A stretch of 64,000 bases of DNA from Ignavibacteria bacterium (GCA_046300675.1 JBKCLO010000193.1:70526-134525), one strand, 5' to 3'. Positions 19,016 to 30,511 are shown, numbered from the stretch's first letter. Translations and numbers: made by a program. The notes: generated by a model not told the origin, from the sequence alone.

Positions 19016-21541
19016 ATGGAAGGCAATTTTTCAAACCGCGTTCAAGACGTCATCAGGCTCAGCCGCGAGGAAGCGCTACGTCTTGGACATGACTACATCG
19101 GAACCGAGCATCTGTTGCTGGGTATTATCCGCGAAGGCGAAGGAATCGGCGTAAAGATCCTCCGCAATCTGGGTGTAGACCTTAGCAAGCTCAAACGTGC
19201 CATCGAAGATACTGTTCGCACGATGAGTGGGCCATTGACAATTGGCAATATCCCACTCACGAAACAAGCCGAAAAAGTACTCAAGATCACGTACCTGGAA
19301 GCCAAACTCTACAAGGCCGATGTGATCGGCACAGAGCACCTGTTGCTGTCGCTGTTGCGCGACGAAGACAACATTGCTGCTCAGATTCTGGGTCAGTTCT
19401 CTGTCAACTACGACAGCGTCCGCAAGGAGCTGGACGCCTATCTGAGCGGCAAGTCTACACCTGCGCCTCAGCGTCCGGAGAGGTCCTCTTCAACTGGACC
19501 CGGCAAGGCGAAGGGCGTGCCCGAAAAGGCCAAAACACCTGTGCTCGACAATTTCGGACGTGATCTTACGAAGCTTGCCGTCGAGGGTAAACTCGACCCG
19601 GTCATTGGACGCGAGAAAGAAATAGAACGTGTAGCGCAGGTCCTTTCGCGTCGAAAAAAGAACAATCCAGTGCTCATTGGAGAGCCAGGAGTAGGCAAGA
19701 CCGCCATCATCGAGGGTTTGGCCATACGTATCATCGATAAGAAGGTCTCCCGTGTGCTGTTCGATAAGCGCATTGTTACTCTGGACCTGGCAGCTCTTGT
19801 TGCGGGTACAAAGTATCGAGGACAGTTCGAAGAGCGCATGAAGGCTGTTATGTCTGAGCTCGAAAAGGCAAAGGACGTTATTCTCTTCATTGATGAGCTG
19901 CACACCATTGTTGGAGCAGGGGGCGCAAGTGGCTCGCTGGATGCATCAAACATGTTTAAGCCCGCGCTGGCGCGGGGAGACATCCAATGTATTGGTGCCA
20001 CAACGCTTGATGAATACCGTCAGTTTATCGAAAAGGATGGTGCGCTCGATAGACGTTTCCAAAAGATCCTCGTAGATCCGCCGACAGCAGACGAGACAAT
20101 TCAGATTCTCACCAACGTGCGTGATCGTTACGAAAAGCACCACGGTGTGCGTTTCACTGACGAGTCTGTGCGCGCATGTGTGATGATGGCAGACCGCTAC
20201 ATCACTGATAGGTTCCTGCCAGATAAAGCACTCGACGTCATGGACGAAGCAGGAGCGCGCGTGCACCTGGCGCATATTCATGTGCCAAAGGAAGTGCTCG
20301 AGCTTGAGGCAAAGATCGAAGACGTGCGGCAGCAGAAGAACTCTGTTGTCAAGAATCAGAACTTCGAAGAAGCCGCCAGATTGCGTGATCTTGAAAAGCA
20401 ACATCTGGCCGAGCTTGAGCAGGTAAAAGAACAATGGGAGTCGAACGCTACAGAGGTAGTGTACGATGTAACAGAAGAAGACGTTGCCGACGTGATTGCG
20501 ATGATGACGGGCATCCCTGTTAATCGCATCGCAGAGGGCGAGACCGCCAAGCTGCTCAAGATGGCAGAAGAGCTCAAGGGTCAGGTGATTGGTCAAGACG
20601 AGGCTGTAGAGCATCTTGCAAAGGCTATCCGCCGTGCAAGGGCCGGACTCAAGGACCCGTCTCGTCCGATAGGCTCGTTCATGTTCCTTGGTCCAACAGG
20701 CGTTGGCAAGACAGAGCTTGCAAAGGCACTGGCGCGCTATATGTTCGACAGCGAAGATGCACTCATCCGTATTGACATGAGCGAATACATGGAGAAGTTC
20801 TCTGTGTCCAGACTCGTGGGAGCACCTCCGGGTTATGTTGGATACGAAGAGGGCGGACAGCTTACAGAAAAGGTACGCCGTAAACCGTACAGCATCGTTC
20901 TGCTGGATGAGATCGAGAAGGCCCATCCGGATGTGTTCAACATCCTTTTGCAGGTGTTCGATGATGGTCAGCTCACAGACGGACTTGGACGTCGGATAGA
21001 TTTCAAGAACACGATCATCATCATGACGTCGAACGTTGGCATGCGCGATGTAAAGGCCGGTGGTAAGATCGGTTTTACATCAGATGCGGCGGCCGATGAA
21101 TACGAGAACATGAAGTCTACCGTTGAAGAGACCATGAAGCGCCTCTTCAATCCGGAGTTCCTCAATCGCATCGACGAGTATGTGATCTTCCACTCGCTCA
21201 AGAGGGAACACATGCTCCGCATTATCGATCTTCAGCTCAAGAGTCTTGTCAAAAGACTCTCTACGCGCAACATTTCGCTTGATCTTGGTAAGACAGCTAA
21301 GGAGTTTCTTGCTGAGAAGGGATTTGATGAGAAGTATGGCGCGCGTCCATTACGGAGAACGATACAGCGATTCGTCGAAGATCCGATCGCAGAAGAAATG
21401 CTTCGAGGGGGCTTTACAGACGGAAGTGTTATCAAGGGCAAGCTTGACAAGAAGACGGGATTGATCGTGTTCGCGACAGCGAAATCAAAGACAGGCGAAT
21501 CCCTTGAAGAACCAGAAGAAGCAGAAGCGCACGAAGAATAA
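19016..21541 (+). CDS. clpC: ATP-dependent Clp protease ATP-binding subunit ClpC (Hsp100)
   Basis: Two Clp_N repeats open the protein. Two AAA+ modules carry Walker A motifs ([10 protein letters not shown] and [15 protein letters not shown]). A UVR-like linker is present ([12 protein letters not shown]). An AAGGA Shine-Dalgarno-like site lies 9 nt upstream. Confidence 0.92.
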   Translation: MEGNFSNRVQDVIRLSREEALRLGHDYIGTEHLLLGIIREGEGIGVKILRNLGVDLSKLKRAIEDTVRTMSGPLTIGNIPLTKQAEKVLKITYLEAKLYKADVIGTEHLLLSLLRDEDNIAAQILGQFSVNYDSVRKELDAYLSGKSTPAPQRPERSSSTGPGKAKGVPEKAKTPVLDNFGRDLTKLAVEGKLDPVIGREKEIERVAQVLSRRKKNNPVLIGEPGVGKTAIIEGLAIRIIDKKVSRVLFDKRIVTLDLAALVAGTKYRGQFEERMKAVMSELEKAKDVILFIDELHTIVGAGGASGSLDASNMFKPALARGDIQCIGATTLDEYRQFIEKDGALDRRFQKILVDPPTADETIQILTNVRDRYEKHHGVRFTDESVRACVMMADRYITDRFLPDKALDVMDEAGARVHLAHIHVPKEVLELEAKIEDVRQQKNSVVKNQNFEEAARLRDLEKQHLAELEQVKEQWESNATEVVYDVTEEDVADVIAMMTGIPVNRIAEGETAKLLKMAEELKGQVIGQDEAVEHLAKAIRRARAGLKDPSRPIGSFMFLGPTGVGKTELAKALARYMFDSEDALIRIDMSEYMEKFSVSRLVGAPPGYVGYEEGGQLTEKVRRKPYSIVLLDEIEKAHPDVFNILLQVFDDGQLTDGLGRRIDFKNTIIIMTSNVGMRDVKAGGKIGFTSDAAADEYENMKSTVEETMKRLFNPEFLNRIDEYVIFHSLKREHMLRIIDLQLKSLVKRLSTRNISLDLGKTAKEFLAEKGFDEKYGARPLRRTIQRFVEDPIAEEMLRGGFTDGSVIKGKLDKKTGLIVFATAKSKTGESLEEPEEAEAHEE

Positions 21542-21550
21542 GCACTAGGT

Positions 21551-22306
21551 ATGGTAGATCCCAGAACTGAGCTACTACGATACCTTCGTCAGCAAGAGCA
21601 GATGTATGGCAGGACGTTGTACGTTGATAACGTAGAACGTCCTGTTCGTAGTTTGCCCCCATCGCAACCTGAGCCTGAGACAATGTTGGCCGAAAATCTG
21701 TCGCAGACACTTCCTGCGATGGAGGTTGCATCATCAACGGGGCATGAAGACGTGACATCACTGGAGCAATTCAATACCAAGATCTGCGGCTGCATGAAAT
21801 GTGCGCTTGGCGCTACACGTACCAACTTCGTCTTCGGAAGCGGAAATGCGAACGCCGACATCATGGTAATAGGTGAAGCACCGGGCGCAGACGAGGACGA
21901 GCAGGGCTTGCCGTTCGTAGGACGGGCGGGCCAACTGCTGACGAAGATTTTGGAATCAGTAGAACTTGGGCGAGACGACGTCTACATCTGCAACATCCTC
22001 AAGTGCCGTCCACCAAACAACCGCAAGCCCCTTGCATCCGAGACTGATCAGTGCGAACCATATCTGTGGAAACAGATAGAACTGATCAAACCCAAGTTTA
22101 TTCTTGCCCTTGGTCTTACAGCAGCCAATACGCTGCTGAAGAACAAAGAGAGCATGACGCAGCTTCGTGGACGCATCCATGATTACCAGGGTATTCGCAC
22201 AATCGTGACGTATCACCCGGCCGCACTCCTTCGCAATCCTGATTGGAAGAAGCATACGTGGGAAGACGTGAAGTTTCTTCGCAAACTTTATCAAGAAACG
22301 CTGTAG
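21551..22306 (+). CDS. Uracil-DNA glycosylase, family 4 (Fe-S type)
   Basis: GEAPGADEDEQGLPFVGRAGQLL and CNILKCRPPNNRKP are family-4 motifs. The Cys cluster sits in ICGCMKCALG. The protein carries a ~70-aa N-terminal extension. Confidence 0.85.
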   Translation: MVDPRTELLRYLRQQEQMYGRTLYVDNVERPVRSLPPSQPEPETMLAENLSQTLPAMEVASSTGHEDVTSLEQFNTKICGCMKCALGATRTNFVFGSGNANADIMVIGEAPGADEDEQGLPFVGRAGQLLTKILESVELGRDDVYICNILKCRPPNNRKPLASETDQCEPYLWKQIELIKPKFILALGLTAANTLLKNKESMTQLRGRIHDYQGIRTIVTYHPAALLRNPDWKKHTWEDVKFLRKLYQETL

Positions 22307-22311
22307 ATATC

Positions 22312-23334
22312 ATGAAGATTGCTGTCCTGCTTGGCGGACTTAGTCCAGAGCGCAACATTTCACTCCTGAGTGGCCGTGCGGCGACGTTTGCACTGCGTGA
22401 GCGTGGGCATACCGTGATAGCGCTCGATCCGCTGCGTGGCAATGGCGAGCCCCTTACCGACGACGAGCTTCGTGCAGCGATGCCGCGTGAAGTAACCGAG
22501 CAAGAGCGCGCACAGTTCAGTCCGGCAAAGCTGCTTGCATGCATCACATCGTCGCATCTGGATGACGTTGATGCGGTGTTCATCCTGCTGCATGGACAAT
22601 ACGGAGAAGACGGGTATGTGCAGTCGCTGCTTGACATGCGAAGCATACCCTACACCGGCAGTCAGATGCTTGCAAGCGCAACGGCGATCGACAAAGGCCT
22701 TTCGAAGATGCTCTTTCAGGTGGCCGGCATTCCTACCGCACAATGGGTAACGGTAACGCCAGACCAGCATAGTGATGTCGACATGATGGAAGCCATCATC
22801 CAAGAGATCAACGGTGGCCTGGTTGTTAAGCCAAACGATCAGGGTTCAACCGTGGGCATGACGATCCTTCACAGCCCCATTGCAGAGGAGCTTTCTGCAG
22901 CTATTGCCTTGGCTGGCAATTTTTCTTCGACCATACTGATTGAGCGATTCATTCCGGGTCGCGAGTTAACAGTTCCTGTGTTAGGGGGCGAAGCATTGCC
23001 GATCATCGAGATCGAACCGAAGGCAGGGTACTACGATTTTGAAAACAAGTACACCAAAGGCCGCACAGAGTACCATTGTCCGGCAGACCTTACAGAAGAA
23101 GTTGAAGAGCACGTGAAGAATCTTGCCGTTGCTGCCCACAACGTACTTGGGTGCAGGGCGTATAGCCGTGTAGACTTCCGTCTAACTGAGGATCTGATGC
23201 CGGTATGTCTCGAGGTAAACACCATTCCGGGATTTACAGAGACAAGTCTACTTCCGATGGCGGCACGCCAGAACGGAATGGAGTTCGGTGAACTCTGTGA
23301 AGCCATCATGCGGGAATCGGGGATAGTGATATGA
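22312..23334 (+). CDS. ddl: D-alanine--D-alanine ligase
   Basis: MKIAVLLGGLSPERNISLLSG opens the protein and an ATP-grasp core follows. I place the start at the ATG at 22312, after the udg stop. Confidence 0.9.
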   Translation: MKIAVLLGGLSPERNISLLSGRAATFALRERGHTVIALDPLRGNGEPLTDDELRAAMPREVTEQERAQFSPAKLLACITSSHLDDVDAVFILLHGQYGEDGYVQSLLDMRSIPYTGSQMLASATAIDKGLSKMLFQVAGIPTAQWVTVTPDQHSDVDMMEAIIQEINGGLVVKPNDQGSTVGMTILHSPIAEELSAAIALAGNFSSTILIERFIPGRELTVPVLGGEALPIIEIEPKAGYYDFENKYTKGRTEYHCPADLTEEVEEHVKNLAVAAHNVLGCRAYSRVDFRLTEDLMPVCLEVNTIPGFTETSLLPMAARQNGMEFGELCEAIMRESGIVI

Positions 23335-24329
23335 AGAATATTCTTCTGACGGGGCTTGGCAATGCACTTGTCGATATCGAGTATCAAGTATCTGAAGAGG
23401 AACTTGCCGCCTTTGGCGTAGACAAAGGAGCGATGACACTTACTGACGCTAAGCGTCAGCAGGAGATGATCGCCGCCCTGAGCTCACGCGATGCGCATAG
23501 GTGCAGTGGCGGCTCTGCAGCTAATACAGTTATTGCATTTGCGCAGTTCGGCGGAAAAGCGGCGTATACGTCGATCCTCGGTGCAGACCATTATGGCGAG
23601 TTCTACGCTTCTGAGTTTCGTGAGATGGACATTGTTCTTTCGGCTGAACTCGTCGGCGGAGAAACGACAGGCTCGTGTCTTGTGCTTATCACACCCGATA
23701 GCGAGCGTACGCTCAACACCACACTTGCAGTCAACCAGCACTACTGCCGCACTCATGTGAGTGAAGACATCATCGGCCGTAGTGAATGGATCTATATCGA
23801 AGGGTATAAGCTTACAGACGACAACGGCACAGAAGCTGTCGATGCAGCTCTGTTTTATGCGAAGAAGCATGGAACACATGTTGCTGTTAGCTGCTCTGAC
23901 GGATTTATCGTAGACGTGTTCGGTGATCGCCTGCGGGACGTTCTCAAGCGCACAGACCTCGTGTTTGCAAATGAGCGCGAGGCCTCGTCGCTTGCCCATG
24001 AGGAACATGCCGACGATGCATACCGTAAACTTTCGTCTGATTTTTCACACGTGGTCGTCACGAAGGGCGCTCAAGGTTCACAGGTGAGATTTAACGGCAT
24101 TGAGGCCAGTGTTCCAGCGTATGCCGTTGATGCCGTAGATGCAACGGGTGCGGGAGACATGTATGCCGGTGCATTTTTGTATGGAGTACTGCACGGACAT
24201 CATCCGGAGCATGCGGCGCGATTGGCCTCGTATGCATCGGCACAAGTGGTCGGGCAGTTCGGTGCCAGGCTCAAGGCAAGTCATATTGTCGTTCGCGATA
24301 CCATTCTGCATGATTCTGCAACTCGATAA
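23331..24329 (+). CDS. PfkB-family carbohydrate/nucleoside kinase (adenosine kinase-like)
   Basis: It is linked to ddl by an ATGA overlap. The PfkB signature DATGAGDMYAGAFLYG is present. The N-terminal GLGNALVDIE is typical of the family. Confidence 0.8.
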   Translation: MKNILLTGLGNALVDIEYQVSEEELAAFGVDKGAMTLTDAKRQQEMIAALSSRDAHRCSGGSAANTVIAFAQFGGKAAYTSILGADHYGEFYASEFREMDIVLSAELVGGETTGSCLVLITPDSERTLNTTLAVNQHYCRTHVSEDIIGRSEWIYIEGYKLTDDNGTEAVDAALFYAKKHGTHVAVSCSDGFIVDVFGDRLRDVLKRTDLVFANEREASSLAHEEHADDAYRKLSSDFSHVVVTKGAQGSQVRFNGIEASVPAYAVDAVDATGAGDMYAGAFLYGVLHGHHPEHAARLASYASAQVVGQFGARLKASHIVVRDTILHDSATR

Positions 24330-24335
24330 GCCCCG

Positions 24336-25685
24336 TTGAAATACATCCTAACCATATCAGCCATCGTTGTCGCATCGTTTCTGCTTGCTTCGCCAGCAGT
24401 TCATGCGCAGGCAGGTATGGATTTTGATGAGTTCACGCGCAGGGCAGACCCGTACTTTGCTGAGGATCTACTGGGGGATGTGCGCATGGCCATGCCTCAG
24501 GGATCGAACTACAAGATCTGGGGTTGGGATGTAGGCGACTTCAGTGGCGATGGATTTTATGATCTCGCACTCTCAGTGCATATCCTTGGTACGCGCAAGA
24601 AAGAGTGTGTTGTCTACATGTTCGTGGACGTCGAAGGATACCTCGTGCCGGTAAGCCGAATGCCATTTCAGTACGTTGAATTGCCCTTGGAAGTAGGTGT
24701 GGTGATCAAAGACGTCGCTTGCTATGTTACGCAGAAGCGTAAATCAGAGGACTGGTCCATTCGAGGTTATCGCTTCACGGAAGGGGCTGTTGTACTCGTT
24801 GATGAATTCATCAGCGACAAGATTGAAGCATTTCAGCACGAGAGTTTCCGATCCTTTCAAACGCTTCGCACCAGCGAGCGCCTGGCCAACCGCAAGAACG
24901 AGGAAGTATTTACCACCGAGTTCCTTACCATACCATGTTACAGCCGAAGCAGGCAGATCTACGCGGGTTACGTTTCCGAGGTTACCGTCGCAACCACAAG
25001 CCACGTTCCTGAGGGGGCGTATTGGTGGACGGGAGAATCTGATGTGTCGTTTTCGGCTCGAATGGTCTATGACGAAGACCACCTCTATGCCCGAGTTTAT
25101 GTTCGAGACTCCAACGTGGTTACCGGCTGGTGTGACACCTGCATTGCCGACCACGTTGAATTGTTGTTCGATGTAGCGCCCCCTGCAGAAGGAAGCCGCT
25201 CGAGGTATCTATCCAGAATTGACAGAGAAGAAGTTGTTGTGCGAAGCGCAAGCGACTCAGGGCTGTATACGTTTACTGTCCGCCTGGGCGACTTTGGGGA
25301 TAACTTGCCGCGTGTGGCGATCAAAACCACCGACGAGCTGGACCCTGCGCAAGTCAAGGCCCGCAAACAACTTAGGGTGGTTACCGCGCAGCGGCCAGAC
25401 GGATATATCGTTAAGCTGCGTATCCCATTCGCCCTTCTTGGCTACCAGAAAGCGCCAATCGATGAGCAGGGAGTTGTCGAGTTCGGTTGCGCCATCGCAG
25501 TGGTTGACTATGACAATGAGTTTCGACCTGAAGAGCGCAGTGTTATCGCCACCAGCAACGTGGAATCACTCGACCCATCAACCTACGGCGCCCTGAGATT
25601 TGTGCCTGATGGCACTTGGTATGGGGAGAGTGTAAATATCTATGGCGATGCAGTCGTAAATACGCTCCGTGAATTGGGCTTTTAA
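24336..25685 (+). CDS. Secreted hypothetical protein (FG-GAP-like N-terminal segment plus a CBM9/DOMON-like C-terminal region)
   Basis: The start is TTG and begins the signal peptide MKYILTISAIVVASFLLASPAVHAQA. WGWDVGDFSGDGFYDLALSV is FG-GAP-like. …DEDHLYARVYVRDSNV…DHVELLFD… is reminiscent of the CBM9 fold. No confident functional assignment is possible. Confidence 0.5.
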   Translation: MKYILTISAIVVASFLLASPAVHAQAGMDFDEFTRRADPYFAEDLLGDVRMAMPQGSNYKIWGWDVGDFSGDGFYDLALSVHILGTRKKECVVYMFVDVEGYLVPVSRMPFQYVELPLEVGVVIKDVACYVTQKRKSEDWSIRGYRFTEGAVVLVDEFISDKIEAFQHESFRSFQTLRTSERLANRKNEEVFTTEFLTIPCYSRSRQIYAGYVSEVTVATTSHVPEGAYWWTGESDVSFSARMVYDEDHLYARVYVRDSNVVTGWCDTCIADHVELLFDVAPPAEGSRSRYLSRIDREEVVVRSASDSGLYTFTVRLGDFGDNLPRVAIKTTDELDPAQVKARKQLRVVTAQRPDGYIVKLRIPFALLGYQKAPIDEQGVVEFGCAIAVVDYDNEFRPEERSVIATSNVESLDPSTYGALRFVPDGTWYGESVNIYGDAVVNTLRELGF

Positions 25686-25731
25686 TCGCCCACGACCTAT
25701 TTTTGCGCACGTTTTACTGGTGGGGTTCCCC

Positions 25732-25971
25732 GTGCAGTCCAAGACATCTGCCATGCAGCAGGCTGCACCGTATCTCGGGCTGGGAGTTCAGCTTGCAAGT
25801 ACGGTACTTATCAGCGGTGCTATTGGGTATTGGATTGACATCGAATATGCAATGACGCCAATAGGTGTATTGGCTGGGGTTGTCATCGGAAGCGTAGTTG
25901 GACTGGTTCAGTTTCTTCGCACTGTGCAACGACTTGCTCGGCGCGAGAACAAAGCAGACGAAGTATCGTAA
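25732..25971 (+). CDS. atpZ: AtpZ/Atp1-family small membrane protein (ATP synthase gene 1)
   Basis: The two-TM product (AAPYLGLGVQLASTVLISGAIGYWID…IGVLAGVVIGSVVGLVQFL) sits directly upstream of the atp genes. The start is uncertain; GTG at 25732 has a GGTGGGG site 7 nt upstream, ATG at 25753 is the alternative, and the track ORF begins at 25669. Confidence 0.6.
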   Translation: MQSKTSAMQQAAPYLGLGVQLASTVLISGAIGYWIDIEYAMTPIGVLAGVVIGSVVGLVQFLRTVQRLARRENKADEVS

Positions 25972-25978
25972 AGAAAGG

Positions 25979-26359
25979 TTGTTGCAAAACGTGGATGTGA
26001 AGAATCCGTTCGTAGCTGTGCTAGCAGCACTCGCGATAAGCGTGGTCAATTCCTGGATTGGTTACGTTGTGGCCAAAAAAGCCTCTACGAAGGAACTCAA
26101 TGCATTCATGGCAATGGTGTTTGGCAGTCTTGCCATTCGCGCGATCGTGGTCGTATCGCTTGCCTATGTAGGGCTTGGTGTGATCGATCTCGACAAAGTT
26201 GCTTTTGCCCTGACGTTCTCGATATCGGCCTTTGTTGCTCTGATGGTAGAAGTGTTTTTTTTTCACTTCTCTATGGAAAAGCAAAAACAGATTCAACTTC
26301 GGAACGTGAGAAGACCCGGTAAAAAAAAAGAATTTAACGTATTAGGTTTCACTGGATGA
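25979..26359 (+). CDS. atpI: ATP synthase protein I-like membrane protein
   Basis: A hydrophobic multi-TM product ends with an ATGA overlap onto atpB. I place the start at TTG 25979 (alternatively GTG 25991), after the atpZ stop. The track ATG at 25898 overlaps atpZ and is less likely. Confidence 0.55.
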   Translation: MLQNVDVKNPFVAVLAALAISVVNSWIGYVVAKKASTKELNAFMAMVFGSLAIRAIVVVSLAYVGLGVIDLDKVAFALTFSISAFVALMVEVFFFHFSMEKQKQIQLRNVRRPGKKKEFNVLGFTG

Positions 26360-27456
26360 GCACAGAGCCAGCGGCAAAACACGACTCAGCAACCACAGCA
26401 ACTGCTGCACATCACGATGCAGCGCATGCTGCCGGTGCGCATGGGGCTACGGCGGAAGCGTCAGACAAGTTCACATTTAACAAGCTGCTCGACAAGCTTG
26501 GTGATCACCACGAATTAGACATCTTTTTTGGGACGTATGAGATACTGCCGGTTGTTCTGCTAGATCAGAACAACTCACTGCACATGTATCCCAATCTTCA
26601 TGCGATGGAGGAGTCGGGTGTGTACACGATGCACCATCCGGCGGCACCGCATCACATCGTGAGCACCACAGTGAAAGACGCCAGTGGAGCTCCTGCCGGA
26701 CCCAAGCTCGACCTGTCTGTTACAAACTTTGTGGCGTATCAGTGGATAGCAATGATCATCGTAACTGTGATCTTCGCTGTTGTGCGTGGCCGATACAAGA
26801 AGAACCCGATCAGCGCGCCTCGCGGCATTCAAAACGTTATCGAGTCGGTGGTCCTCTACGTTCACGACCAAATTGTTCGTCCGAATGTAGGAACAGACAA
26901 GCGCGCCATGCGCCTGATGCCATTCATGCTCAGCCTGTTCTTCTTCATCCTCACATTGAACCTTATCTCGCTTCTGCCGGGAGCTCATGCTGCCACAGGC
27001 GCTTTGCCGGTTACAATGGCTCTTGCCACATGCACATTGGTTGTGGTGAACTACATCGCCTTTAAGGACGCAGGAGTGGGCTCGTGGTTCAAACACCTCT
27101 TAGGGGGCGCACCAGCGTACATTTCTCCCATCATGGTGCCGATCGAGCTTGTTGGTATCATCACGAAGCCTTTCGCATTGATGATTCGTTTGTTCGCCAA
27201 CATGACGGCAGGCCACATCGTGCTGTTGTCGCTCGTTGGTTTGATCTTCTTCTTTGCACAAGAGATGGGCGAGGTTGTTGGTTGGGGCGTTGCACCGATC
27301 AGCGTCTTGTTCTCCGTGTTCATTTACCTGCTTGAGCTGCTGGTTGCATTCTTGCAGGCATACATCTTTACGATGCTATCTGCGGTGTTTGTCGGTCTTG
27401 CACTTGGAGATCATGCTGCTCATGACAACCATCACGATCATGCTGCATCGCACTAA
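26356..27456 (+). CDS. atpB: F0F1 ATP synthase subunit a
   Basis: …PIELVGIITKPFALMIRLFANMTAGHIVL… carries the essential Arg in the LFANM(T)AGH context. Both the N and C termini carry His-rich extensions. Confidence 0.9.
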   Translation: MSTEPAAKHDSATTATAAHHDAAHAAGAHGATAEASDKFTFNKLLDKLGDHHELDIFFGTYEILPVVLLDQNNSLHMYPNLHAMEESGVYTMHHPAAPHHIVSTTVKDASGAPAGPKLDLSVTNFVAYQWIAMIIVTVIFAVVRGRYKKNPISAPRGIQNVIESVVLYVHDQIVRPNVGTDKRAMRLMPFMLSLFFFILTLNLISLLPGAHAATGALPVTMALATCTLVVVNYIAFKDAGVGSWFKHLLGGAPAYISPIMVPIELVGIITKPFALMIRLFANMTAGHIVLLSLVGLIFFFAQEMGEVVGWGVAPISVLFSVFIYLLELLVAFLQAYIFTMLSAVFVGLALGDHAAHDNHHDHAASH

Positions 27457-27503
27457 TTGCTACTAACGTCGGAATCAATCACACTTATTCACAATTACTT
27501 CAT

Positions 27504-27749
27504 TTGGAAGGGAATCACATGGAAGCAGTTGCTTTTGCTTGGCTTTCAGCAGGCATCGGACTCGGAATCACGGTATTTGGTGTAGGCACTGGTATCGGTC
27601 GCCTTGCAGCTGCGGCTCTCGAAGCCAGCAGCCGTCAGCCAGAAAATGCTGGTGACATCCGTACAACGATGATCATCGGTGCAGCTCTTATCGAAGGCGT
27701 TGCACTTTTGGCAGGCGTTGTTTGTATCCTTCTTGCTGTTAAGCAGTAA
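27504..27749 (+). CDS. atpE: F0F1 ATP synthase subunit c
   Basis: GIGLGITVFGVGTGIGRLAAAALEASSRQPE is typical of subunit c. A GGAAGGG Shine-Dalgarno-like site lies upstream. Confidence 0.9.
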   Translation: MEGNHMEAVAFAWLSAGIGLGITVFGVGTGIGRLAAAALEASSRQPENAGDIRTTMIIGAALIEGVALLAGVVCILLAVKQ

Positions 27750-27778
27750 AGAATCTCTTCCGATCCTGCGTGCAGGGT

Positions 27779-27814
27779 CGGTCTTTGGATGTTGTATGAA
27801 ACGTTCAAAGACCG
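27779..27814 (+). promoter_or_regulatory. Intercistronic hairpin between atpE and atpF
   Basis: A perfect 9-bp stem (CGGTCTTTG pairing with CAAAGACCG) closes an 18-nt loop, and no T-run follows. It is a candidate mRNA stability or processing element. Confidence 0.4.
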
Positions 27815-27867
27815 ATGAACATCGGACCTGACAGTGTATTTCAATCTCGTTTCGACGGAAGACATCA

Positions 27868-28362
27868 ATGCCAGCATTTTTGCAGTTCGAGCCCGGTCTG
27901 GTTATCTGGACCCTGATCAATTTCTCAATCTTTGCCCTGATCATCGGCAAGTTTGGCTGGAAGCCCATGCGCGATGGAATCGCAGCGCGTGAAGCTTCCA
28001 TTCGCGAGGCGATCACAGCAGCAGAAAACGCCAATCGCGAGGCGCAAGAGCTGATTCGCGACAATCAGGAGCGTCTTGCAAAGGCTCAGCGCGAGACGAT
28101 GGAGATCGTCAAAGAAGGCCGTGTTCAGGCTGAGACGCTCATTCGCAAGGCGGCAGAAGAAGCAGAACACGTTAAGCAGCAGAAGCTCACAGAAGCTCAG
28201 CGCGAGATCGAGCGTCAGAAGGATGATGCGATCAAAGCTCTGCGCACGGAGGTTTCGACACTGGTTGTCGAGGCTACAGAAAAGTTGCTTGGACGTAACC
28301 TGCAGGGCGATGATCACAAGCGTATCGTAGAAGACTACGTGAACGAACTCTCGAAGAACTAA
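27868..28362 (+). CDS. atpF: F0F1 ATP synthase subunit b
   Basis: A single N-terminal TM helix is followed by a long charged helix, with the LIIGKFGWKPM context. Confidence 0.85.
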   Translation: MPAFLQFEPGLVIWTLINFSIFALIIGKFGWKPMRDGIAAREASIREAITAAENANREAQELIRDNQERLAKAQRETMEIVKEGRVQAETLIRKAAEEAEHVKQQKLTEAQREIERQKDDAIKALRTEVSTLVVEATEKLLGRNLQGDDHKRIVEDYVNELSKN

Positions 28363-28367
28363 GAAGT

Positions 28368-28907
28368 ATGTCAACACTTAAGATCTCACGCAGATACGCC
28401 AAGGCATTGCTCAGCGTAGCTGTAGAAAAGAACATCACTGATGCTGTGACGCGCGACGTTGAATTGTTGCGCAGCACGGCTGAATCGTCGCGCGAATTGC
28501 GCTCGATGCTGCGGAGCCCCGTAATCGAAAGCAAGGTTAAGAAGACTGTTCTGCAGGAAGCACTTGGTGCGTCAATGTCGGCCACGACACTCGATTTTTT
28601 CAATCTGGTAATCGATAAGGGTCGTGGGGATCTCTGGCGTGAAATCGCGTCGGAGTATCGCGCACTTGTTGATGGATTGGAAAAGATCGAACGTGTTGAA
28701 GTGACCTCGGCAGTAGAGATTGATGCTGCGCAGCGCACAAGCATTGAGTCTGCAATCGGAAAGAAGCTTGGCAAGAAGGTTATCGCAACATATCGCGTAG
28801 ACCCATCGATCATGGGTGGAGCAGTTGTTCGTATCGGCGATGAGATCCAGGACGGCTCTATTCGTCACCAACTGCACGTGCTGAAGCATAAGCTTGCTTC
28901 GGCCTGA
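28368..28907 (+). CDS. atpH: F0F1 ATP synthase subunit delta (OSCP)
   Basis: The OSCP-like N terminus is ISRRYAKALLSVAVEKN. The gene lies between atpF and atpA. Confidence 0.85.
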   Translation: MSTLKISRRYAKALLSVAVEKNITDAVTRDVELLRSTAESSRELRSMLRSPVIESKVKKTVLQEALGASMSATTLDFFNLVIDKGRGDLWREIASEYRALVDGLEKIERVEVTSAVEIDAAQRTSIESAIGKKLGKKVIATYRVDPSIMGGAVVRIGDEIQDGSIRHQLHVLKHKLASA

Positions 28908-28951
28908 TCAACTAACGAAGAAAATGAAACAATACTCAAGGAATTACTAGA

Positions 28952-30502
<1,551 letters not shown>

Positions 30503-30511
30503 GGTAGTACC

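Noticed and set aside
19946-20926. A 326-aa minus-strand ORF, and other long ORFs inside clpC (19468-20001, 19490-19903)
   Set aside because: They are antisense to a strongly supported clpC CDS. Long stop-free antisense frames are expected in GC-rich coding DNA.
27546-28813. Minus-strand ORFs of 172, 150 and 179 aa across atpE, atpF and atpH
   Set aside because: They are antisense to the well-supported ATP synthase genes.
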